Below, piece by piece: positions 53,178 through 62,814 of a DNA stretch of 64,000 nt. The notes beneath the pieces are model-generated. The model was not told where the DNA came from and did no database searches. It saw only the letters and a program-made list of their open reading frames with translations. The stretch is from Haliotis cracherodii. Its lineage: Eukaryota. The stretch is taken from assembly GCF_022045235.1 (NCBI RefSeq), contig NW_027266341.1:12524001-12588000 (forward strand), in the 5' to 3' direction. Within the stretch, counting starts at the first letter, position 1. Each line of letters begins with the position of its first letter. The translations under genes and the position numbers were made by a program.

Positions 53178-53423
53178 TGAGTGAGTGAGTGAGTTGGGTT
53201 TAACGCCACTTTTAACAGTATTGCAGTTATATCACGGCGTGTCAGCTTAATGTGGGAGGAAAACCCGAAGTGATGCAGGTCTCAGTCGTTTACCAACGAG
53301 CACGGGTACGGTGCTGACAAACCTAGAAACATAATCGGGTCGAACCGGGATTCGAACCCACAATCATAGGTTTCTGGGGAGCCCAAGGGTCGCAACTCTT
53401 AGACAACTGGGCCACCGTGCACC
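53178..53423 (-). mobile_element. Family L SINE with internal deletions
   Basis: 13-bp TSD actgtaggataat at 53165 and 53424. Confidence 0.85.
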
Positions 53424-53442
53424 ACTGTAGGATAATGTCCAG

Positions 53443-53549
53443 GTCCCACTTGCACAAAGCGATCTTAGCGCTACGACTGTTGGAAGCCTATGTTAAAGTA
53501 TGGGAGTTACGATCATCTTAGTGCCGAGATCGCTTTGTGCAAGTGGGCC
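53443..53549. mobile_element. Small PIF/Harbinger-like MITE
   Basis: 23-bp TIR G(T/G)CCCACTTGCACAAAGCGATCT; CAG TSD. Confidence 0.75.
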
Positions 53550-53699
53550 CAGTAGTTATTTAATGGGATATTATTAAGTACAAATGACAATGGTCGGCCA
53601 TTTTGTCAGTACACAATTATCTTGACCATCGCGATAAGCTGCCTTTACGCTTATCTGAGATGGAGATGTACAAAGTCAATAAAACTTCATTTTTATACT

Positions 53700-54130
53700 T
53701 CTCTACCGAGAACGACTAAGCCATGATGCATTCGGGTTGAGAATTTACATAATCCGCTTCGAGGTCCACACACTTCTGCCAATGATGCTGATGTGCCCAG
53801 ATCACACTGGTGTAAAAGGCCTTCCTCAGGTGGTTTAAAGAGTCCTCTACAGTAGAAAGACGTCATCTTATTTGTATAATGCTTGCCCATCAGGTCTTTC
53901 TTCAAGTTTGAGAAGAGGATGAATCTGACGGTGCCAATGTGGTGTATACGCAGGATGTTCAATCAGTTCATACCCACGCTCTTGCCTTGTAGCCATGCCA
54001 TGTATGGTGTGTCCTTTTCGGGAAGGGGGGGGGGGGGGGGGGGGGGTGGTTGTGCACCAGCAGGATTCTCTTGGAATCCCAGAAAACCGAAGCCAGATGA
54101 TGGAACAAGCTTTGGAGGAGGAGATGTTAG
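53700..54130 (-). mobile_element. Degenerate mariner transposase relic
   Basis: GYELIEHPAYTP, LFSNLKKDLMGKHY and an FWDS-like segment; homologous to 4880-5545. Confidence 0.7.
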
Positions 54131-54419
54131 ATATTTCCACTGAAATGACTGTCGTGTCGACCACGAAAAATATACAAAACATTTGATTTTTCATAATTCC
54201 GCACATTTCATAAGGAACATTGTCTTCAAATGCAAAACAAATCTCAAGCGAGAGACACACACATATTGCACTATCACAATAAGTTGTATAAATAAAATAT
54301 ACGGGCTATTAAAAAACAGTCCGTGGATATTATAATATCCCCGTTCATGTGATTATACCCGATTTGAGAACAACAGTACTTTTCATTACAAAGACTTTAG
54401 ATAAACATGAAAAATAATG

Positions 54420-54590
54420 AAAGATATATAGACAAGAAATTGTTCATATAGCTCTTTAAACTGATTACCTGCAGCGCGAATCATGGTTTCCCCGCCCTAT
54501 TACAACCCTTGATAACCCCATGTGCCTGATAACACTAGCTTATATTTAAATGGGAGAGTCGGTACAGCCACAAGGAATCTGCAGGTAAGT
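54420..54590 (+). promoter_or_regulatory. Putative promoter and first exon of fasciclin copy B
   Basis: TGATAA at 54510 and 54527, TATATTTAAA at 54541, donor GTAAGT at 54585. Confidence 0.55.
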
Positions 54591-54771
54591 TATACAAACT
54601 ACATATTTTGATTAATATATTTCCCGCTACCACTTAAAACATTAATTCCTACGAGAGTAGTGTGCGTAATGTCATATCAATTTTGTAGAGTTCTGTCTCC
54701 GTATTTACTGGGGTGAAGTGTGTGCTTCAAAACACGATAAAACAAGATTTGCAAATGTTCGAGTACGTCTT

Positions 54772-54893
54772 AGACCCGGGTTCGATTCCCGACATGGGTA
54801 CAATGTGTGAAGCCCATTTCTGGTGTCCCCCGCCGTGATATTGCTGGAATATTGCTAAAAGCGGCGTAAAACCATACTCACTCACTCACTCAC
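54772..54893 (+). mobile_element. Family D SINE, 5'-truncated
   Basis: 13-bp TSD tcgagtacgtctt at 54759 and 54894. Confidence 0.85.
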
Positions 54894-55347
54894 TCGAGTA
54901 CGTCTTCGGTGACTTCATTGATGGCGTGTCAACGTACAGCGAAAGCGTAGATCGTTGCTCGTCATATCTTTCACTCGTCTGGATTGTCTGGTGCAGACTA
55001 GAATATTTCTGAGTGCGGCGTTAAACATCAAGCAAACAAAATCTGGCTCTGGCTTGATTATTCTCAGTCCGAAGTGATATGACTGCGACGTACAACAGCC
55101 AACTAATGGGATTTAAGCCGATTCATTGTGATCTTATATCGAAGAAGTAGTATGGAAATTGTCCGAATAGGAACAAACAGCAAACTTACATTTTTTAAAA
55201 ACCACCATGAACAAAATTAAATGCAACACTAAGTTATTATACCTACCGGTGGGATAAGGCATGGTAATATTGATTCCAGGTAAGGCAGTCGGACAAAGAG
55301 AAGACACTTATTCCTTATGTTTCTAGGGTAACTTACTAGGTGGAGCA

Positions 55348-55445
55348 ATGAACGTGCAAGTCGTGTGTGGGCTGCTTCTGCTTGGCGTCTGTAATGTTGC
55401 TACGCGAACTATCATGGAGGCACTGGCTTCAAGGTACGACGTCAT
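55348..55445 (+). pseudogene. Fasciclin paralog copy B, truncated inside its first coding exon
   Basis: MNVQVVCGLLLLGVCNVATRTIMEALASRYDV is nearly identical to copy C, then joins directly to the middle of a Tc1 transposase. No downstream FAS1 exons before copy C. Confidence 0.8.
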
Positions 55446-56290
55446 ACCTGTCCACTTCCTGTACGCAGTTTCCGGTGTAACGTTCTCCACGACGTCTATA
55501 GACCCGTGCTCTTCCATCCCCTCGACAGAGGAAAAATCTTGATTCTTCGCTGAACCAGACCTTTCTCCATCGCATTTGAGGCCATACCCTGTGTTGACGA
55601 CACCAATGCAGTCGTTGCTGACGATGTTGTCAACAGGACATGAAGTCTTACTCGTAGACCTGCTGCTCTTAAACAGTTTTGTAAGATCTGGTCGGAGATT
55701 CTGTGCAATCCGGGTATTTTGGATGCGGTTGAGGTGGCTGTGGTCGTCCTTTCACGTAGGTGGCGCAGTTGGATGTAGCGATCTTGGGCGGGGGTGGTTA
55801 GTCTTGGTCGTCCCGACCTTGGCCAATCACGTGTTGACCCATGCTGTTGAAACCGATCCCATAGCCTTGTGATGGTGCTGGGCGATACATTGAAAACGTT
55901 GGCTACAGCTGATCGGGATTCTCCTGCCTGCAAGAGGCCTATGACGCTGTTTCTTCGCACTTCTGTTAATCTTGTCATGTTGTTGAACTGACACTGCTCG
56001 TTTGACGCAGAAGCCAAGCAGTCAAAAACCCTGCACTTTAATGCCGTTCATAGTGCTGCTGCACGTCTAGTACGTGCATCTCCATTGCCCTTGGAGTGGG
56101 TGCGTTGTTCCTAATCGTAAGTGTTTCCCGACTAATGGTTTGCCTGTCCTTGTTGTGATCATTTTGATTCGGGAAATTTGTCACTGACACTATAACACAT
56201 TGAATCTTCTTTATTCTGCACCTCTTGGTCCGCTAATTTTACTTTTATGGCCAAATATATCCGTATTGCATTTCATTTTTTAAGAGTATA
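55446..56290 (-). mobile_element. Tc1 transposon 5' half (HTH region), fused to fasciclin copy B
   Basis: MTRLTEVRRNSVIGLLQAG...PRSGRPRLTTPAQDRYI; terminus ...aagagtata near 56290; other end lost. Confidence 0.85.
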
Positions 56291-56299
56291 GAAATTGTA

Positions 56300-57290
56300 A
56301 GAGAGTTTAAATTAGTGGTGTTTATTTTGACAAGACACTAACATGAAATTCTCATATAACTCATGGTGTTAACAAATGTAATAAGGTTATCAAACGAAGT
56401 GGGGTGCTGATAAATCATCTATGTTATGGCTTTATAAAACATTAATACTGTCACGGAATTTATGCGTGCCTCCAAATGTCATCTTTCCAAACTTGACCGC
56501 ATTCAGTCAAAGGCTTTGGGAATCTGCACGGGTGCCTTTGCAACTACACTGCTCTCCAGGCTGAATGCTCAGAAATGTCACTAGGCCTTCGTCATGAACG
56601 TATGTCTCTCAAACTGAAATATAAAACCAACTATAATGTAGCTATTGTTAATGATTGTGTTGAGGATATGATTTGCGACCGGTCACATGGCAAGGTCCCT
56701 TTTGGTTTGAGTGAGTGAGTGAGTTTCGTTTTAGGTCACATCGGCAATATTTCAGCCATATCGTGACTATCAAAGGTTAAAGATTATAAATAATTTAAAA
56801 CGTATAAAAACCTGCCAACGAAGGGCAGTAAAATAACCAGACTTATCACAGAGAAATATTTAAAACTAGTGTGGAATCATAAAATGGATATTACAATACA
56901 TTACAATGCATAAAAAAACAGGCTATTGATCTTCAACTGAAGGTAGATCACCATACTGGGGACCATTTGGTTTGAGTATTTAGAAACTTGCTGCTAAGCA
57001 TTGAGTTTTACAGTGCAACCTAGTTGATTCTTCTGTACGTCAAGATACGGCTTCTGACACCATGCCTTTTTTATTATCTGAATTCAACCATTGACCCCAA
57101 AAATGAGTCCAAATGTTATAAACGCTATATCTCAGGATTTTATAAATGAACATTATGCCAACTTCACTCATGTATTTAACGATGCCTCTTAGGTTTCTGC
57201 CTTGGTTCGAACTCCTCGGGCATATTTGACATCAGATTTGTACATCTCAAGTGTGTCCAGGCTACATGACCATCTCTCAGTTGGTGGGAT
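56300..57290 (+). mobile_element. Degenerate I/Nimb-clade LINE fragment (RT C-terminus plus start of RNase H)
   Basis: WGADKSSMLWLYKTLILSR, LSKLDRIQSKALGICTGAF, HVFNDAS. Confidence 0.75.
56713..56965 (-). mobile_element. Retroposed 3' end (probable LINE 3'UTR) with (TCAC)n tail
   Basis: 12-bp TSD tttggtttgagt at 56701 and 56966; terminal stem-loop GTCAC...GTGAC. Confidence 0.7.
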
Positions 57291-57292
57291 AA

Positions 57293-57560
57293 TGAGTGAG
57301 TGAGTGAGTTGGGTTTTACGTCGCTTTTAACAGTATTCCAGTTATGTCACGGGGTGTCAGCTTAATGTGGGATGAAAGCCTGAAGTAATGCAGGTCTCAG
57401 ACGTTTACCACTTCGGTGAAACCCACGAGCACGGGTATGGTGCTGACAAAGCTCATGATGTCAATCACAGGATTATCTGGTCCAGACTCGATTATTTACA
57501 GGCGCCGTTATTTAGCTGGAAGCAGCTGAGTGCGGCGTTAAACAACAAACAACAACAAAA
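57293..57560. mobile_element. Fusion of a family L SINE 3' half (-) and a family P SINE 3' half (+)
   Basis: 57293-57450 matches family L reversed; 57451-57560 matches family P (gtccagactcgattattt...gcggcgttaaacaacaaac). Confidence 0.7.
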
Positions 57561-57869
57561 ACAACATGTTAAGGCAATCGAATCTGGTATCAATGGTTCA
57601 CGAAGTGATATGTTTATGAAATATTAAAGCTGAATACATGTTCTAACTCAAAGTATATTACGTGTTCATTTTCTCTAATTACACTTTTGGGCCCAAACAT
57701 AGTTCAATTCAACGGTCAATATCAGACTTCCTGACCCCAGAAATGAAATACTGATCACTTGGTGTTTTAAAATATAATCATTATTATATTGGTTAATCAT
57801 TTCATTTCCATTATTTACTTTGCTCTTGTTTAAAGTCATTTGATGTGTTGGGCGCAAGAAAACCTTAAA

Positions 57870-58140
57870 CCCCAGTCGTCTAAGGCGCCGCGATTCGCTG
57901 TGCAGAGTTGCGTCCCTTGGACACGCCAGAAACTTGTGATTGTGGGTTCGAATCCCGGTTCGCCACGATTATGTTTCTAGGTTTGTCAGAACCATACCCG
58001 TGTTCGTGGGTTTTACCGAAATGGTAAACGTCAGAGACCTGTATCACTTCGGGCTTTCCTCCCACATTAAGCTGACACGCCGGGCTATAACTGGAATAAT
58101 GTCAATTTGTTAATAGCGGCGTTAAACCCAACTCTCTCTC
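57870..58140 (+). mobile_element. Family L SINE
   Basis: cccagtcgtctaaggcgccgcgattcgc...gggttcgaatcccgg...gcggcgttaaacccaactc. Confidence 0.85.
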
Positions 58141-58186
58141 TCTGTATATAATTAATCTGTAACACTGTAACGCGTGACACGCAAAT

Positions 58187-58262
<76 letters not shown>

Positions 58263-58684
58263 TAATAGCCGCTTGTTCTGTAATACCCGACACCGCTCTA
58301 CATTGTTGATGCAGTAGGTGTAAACGCCATCAGTTTTGAGTATATACGTCATTCATAATTGGTGTAAACGTCATCAATTATGGGTATACACGGCATCACT
58401 GATTGATGTAAACGTCATCAGTAATTGCTGTACACGGCATCAGTAATGAGTTCCATGACACCACAAAAGTATGCAACCAATTCCCGACGTCCCCAGTAGT
58501 GACATTGCTTGAAATTTGCTGATGGGTGTCGTCAAATATTCTCCATCATCATTATAGACAGGAACCCTTTTAATGTGCGCCGAATTCTCATACCCACACA
58601 TTAGTAAGGAAACATATGGTATATGGATTATATTTGTCATGTTCTTTCTATCAAAGAAACTCAAGATATACATGATAAAAACTG

Positions 58685-58852
58685 AAAGATATAGAGACAT
58701 AAATTGTAAAAATAGCCCTTAAAACTGATTACCTGCAGCGCGAATCTTTGTTTCCACGCCTAAGTACAACCCTTGATAACCCCACGTTCCTGATAACACT
58801 AGCTTATATTAACATGGGGGAGCCGGTGTAGCCACAAAGGATTTCGGTGAGT
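58685..58852 (+). promoter_or_regulatory. Putative promoter and first exon of fasciclin copy C
   Basis: TGATAA at 58774 and 58791, TTATATTAA near 58804, donor GTGAGT at 58847. Confidence 0.6.
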
Positions 58853-59020
58853 AATGAAAACTATGTATACATATTTCACTAATGACTAATATATATACTT
58901 ACAAAGAAAGTATAAGAGGCATTGAATTCAAATTTACCGCATATATATTTCTCTCTAAAAATGAACCCGTCGTTGTATGTTTATTCAGTACATCAAAAGA
59001 CATACTTTCACTCGTAGTGT

Positions 59021-59257
59021 AGGCCCGTGAATATCCGGGGTAGAATAGGTCTTCAGCAACACATGCTTGTCGTAAAAGGCGACTGTGCTTGTCGTAAGAG
59101 GCGACTGACGGGATCGGGTGGTCAGGCTCGCTGACTTGGTTGATGCATGTCATCGATCCCAATTGCGTGGATCGATGCTCATGTTGTCAACCACTGGATT
59201 GTCTGGTCCAGACTCGATTATTTACAGACCGCCGTCTTATAGCTGGAACAAACCAAC
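59021..59257 (+). mobile_element. Family P SINE-like element with pseudoknot-forming non-tRNA head
   Basis: 12-bp TSD cactcgtagtgt at 59009 and 59258. Head cccgtgaatatccggggtagaataggtcttcag; the GTCGTAAGAGGCGAC hairpin is duplicated in tandem. Confidence 0.85.
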
Positions 59258-59631
59258 CACTCGTAGTGTTTTAAATGATGTTTTGTCAAGGTTTTATTAT
59301 TTTAATATATGTGCATATTTTTAAAACCAATCCTTGAATTCTACCTCTAATGCCGCTGCTAGTGACTATAGTGTGAATAAAGGTCAGTAAGTTCAGTTCA
59401 GTGACCCTGGACCCAGTTCAAGGATTCCTGGTCAGGAAAGGTCCCCACTGGTTTGTCTGGCCCAGACTCTCACCCCCAACACCGGGTTTTGCGCCAATTC
59501 ATTTTGATTTTTATATCGAAGAAAGAAATTTTGGAAATTAAGGAATACGAACAAACAACTAAATTACATTACCAAAATTAATGAATTCTCGAAATAACAC
59601 ACGTTTCTAGAGTAACTTACTAGGTGGAGCA

Positions 59632-61796
59632 ATGAACGTGCAAGTCGTGTGTGGGCTGCTTCTGTTTTGCGTCTATGATGTTGCTGCGCTAACTATCATG
59701 GAGGCACTGGCTTCAAGGTACGACGTCATGTCCTTCTCAAGTCTCGTACGAAGAGCTGGACTGGAAAGTCTCCTAAACACGGGTATGTTCACACGAAAGG
59801 TATGTATGTATGAACTTGTATTTGACTATGACATTTCTATTTGCCAAATATCCCTATCATTGTTAGCCTATCAGTCAGAGTTGTACCCCTAAGGCATGCC
59901 AGGATCCGCCCTTCTCATAAGTGGTTATTCCAGCCCATAGTATAAGGTATGTCGCCTTGGCTAAAACGTTTCAAGATAAACCCAAGGTTCACAGTGATAT
60001 AATTAAATTTTCGTTGTGTTCATTGTGATTCCTGCATTCTGATAAGGTGAATTGGTCACGTGTTATTCCATTCATTTTCCAAAGAATGTAAACAATTAAG
60101 CCACGCCCACCGAAGCGGATTACTTTGACCACTACGGAATGTCGGGGAATCCCAATTACAATTATTAGAAATCCTTTTCTGCTAACCTGTATTATCATAC
60201 ACATGACTTTTTAACGAATTTCATGCATATTCATTGGCCAAACCAACCTTCCAGACCGAAGGCTGAAAAGGAATGAAACAGCAAACGTGCAGGCTCACTC
60301 GTTTATTTCGGTGGCATTGTTTGCACAAATTTCATGTCTTCAAGTTTCATTTCTTACTCTCGTTTTTCCAACGGTGTCTTCCCGTTCTCATAGATCAAAT
60401 GTTTGTATCTTGCGGTTACTGACCATGTCATTTGAAACAGCCGCCTTCTGCTGACATATATTTTTTGCCATTCCATACAGTATACAGTGCACATAATATC
60501 AATCACAGGATTGTCTTGTCCAGACTTAGTTATTTACAGACCGTGTCATATGGCTGGAATATTGCCGATAGCGGCTTTAAACAACAAACCATCAAACGAA
60601 ATGTGGCCAAGATACGATTATTCTCAGGCCGTTCATTGTTATTTTTACATGGAACAAAGAACAACAAACCCAAGGTTCACGCTGATACAACTGAAATATG
60701 GTTCACAAGACAACTTGAAAATTAAACAACCTCTTTTCGTACTGAAGGAAACTACACCGTCTTCGTCCCGGTAGACACGGCGTTTCAACTGCTTCCCGAG
60801 CAGATGATTACGCGGCTGTATCAGAAAGAGAACCTGCAAGAGTTGAAGGATCTGGTCAAGTATCACATTGTGCCGTACACTGGGAACACGCACCGCCACT
60901 GGACAGGGGAGAAAGTCAACACCCTGGCGTCAAAACCTGTACGCATGGTCACCTACCCCCACAACCAGGTCCGTCGCTGTAACATGACATCCACAGTGTT
61001 TAATGGGTTTGTTGCCCTTTCTCACGTTTATATTTTTCTTCATCTTTTGCTCTTTTAAAGTTTAACGTTGAACTTCTTGCTATTTGGCTTGCGTCCAGGT
61101 AACTGTTGTCAACGGTGTCGTCCTCACGGAAGCCAACCTGAGTGTCTCCAATGGCCAAATCTTTCTGCTGAGCTCCACCCTGTCTCCTCCGAGTTTTGAT
61201 ATTGTTCAAGACCTATACCAGGAACCCAATTACTCCTCGTTTCTGACTGCTGCCGCCATGTCGGGAATGACGAGCAAACTTAAAGGTCTGAAAATGCCCA
61301 CACTGTTATTAACCGAATTTTAAACATTGGGGCAAACGTTGAATAAGAATGAAGTAGATATGACGGTGTTAAAAGCTAGTCTGACATATTGCGAAGCGTT
61401 CAAGCACAAAGGAATCTTTTAAATATTGACAATACACCGCATTCAAGTACATGGGTTAACGTTGTAAACATTGATATAACACTCTGTGTTCACGTACACA
61501 GGTAAACGTTGTACAACATTGATATAAAAATGCCCCGTTAAAGTGCACAGGTAAACATTATTTTTACATATACATAATGTGCTCTGTCCAAGTACACAGG
61601 TAAACGATTAAGATTTGACTATGATATACGACAAGTCAATTCAAATTGAATGTCAAGTTTGCTATGTAATAATTGACGCACGCATTTTTGTCTACAGAAG
61701 ACAACATCACAGTCTTTGCTCCATATGATCTCGCATTTACTAAAATGGATAAAAATAAGACGGATGCTTTGTTCAACAACATACCCCTGCTACGAG
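59632..61796 (+). CDS. Fasciclin (FAS1) paralog copy C, first four coding exons (59632-59782, 60748-60968, 61099-61285, 61698-61796); last two exons not found in window
   Basis: Exon sizes 151/221/187/99 match copy A (154/221/187/99), frames open. Motifs NYTVFVPVDTAF, KYHIVP, SNGQIFLLSSTL, NITVFAPYDLAF. Confidence 0.85.
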
Positions 61797-61989
61797 GTGA
61801 GTGATACTTTCTCCAACAACATTCACATGGCACAAACCCATACTACATGTTGAGTGAAGTTTTATTCAACAAAATGCCCTTGTTTCAAAGTGAGTGAAGC
61901 CTTTCACATCAACCTGTCCATGCTTCAAGGTGAGGGACTTAATTAAAAGCGACCAAACTATTTCCATACTCAATTGAATCATGAGCTTG

Positions 61990-62620
61990 TGTTTATGAAT
62001 CACTGTAGAATAGTGGTGCCACCAGGCGTTCGCGAAAGGGTGAGCGTATCCTGCCCCACCGGGGGCACCCGTCACAAACATATGCAAAGGCAAGTCAATT
62101 ATTCATCTGAACACACATGGGAAAATATTGTACAAGTCAAAATAGGGAATTGCATCGGACATCATTTTTGGCACTCATGCGTCAAATTCGGAAATGGCCT
62201 CACATTTCTTCCATAAGTCGTTTTGAAAGCTTCACTGAGGCTTTGAATGTTGTAAGCTTGATCAAACAACTTCTGAGCAAGAATCGTGTGATGGTCTTTG
62301 AAATCTTGGTAGAAAGAGCATGCTCGACTGTATCTCAAAAGTTGTGAAATGTAAACATATAGGCTGCAGCTGCTCGAATATTGCTCGACATGAAGGGAAA
62401 GTTAACAATTGGAAAGTTGAAGTCATCCCTCTTGCCATACAGTCTTGTGGAGACAGTTTTGTCATTCTGAATCTGTTAGCATAGATCCAAATATTAAACA
62501 GATTTGGCAGTCTCACTGGTCTCTTTTATTTCTGGTTTAGGTGGGTAAATCCGTAGAAGGGAACAGGCTATTTGATTACTGAACTATATCAGATTATCGA
62601 TATACCTGAAACTTAAGTTA
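61990..62620 (-). mobile_element. Penelope-like element RT C-terminus and 3'UTR (no C-terminal endonuclease; Naiad-like, tentative)
   Basis: YLDL...TRLYGKRDDFNFPIVNFPFMSSNI...SQLLRYSRACS; followed by the acgggtgcc...gcaggatacgctcaccctttcgcgaacgcctg 3' motif. Confidence 0.8.
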
Positions 62621-62814
62621 AACTTCTTGTCCAAATTGGCTTGTTTTTACTTTGACAATCCGAGCAGAAATGCCGATTCATATGCATAAAGATACAGATC
62701 CACAAGAAGGGGATAGCAATTGGTGCCCACGGGGATGAGTACTTCTTACCTAAATGTCGAACCAGGTCTTTGAAAGGCATTTAGAAGTGATACACATAAG
62801 GAAGAGCATATATG

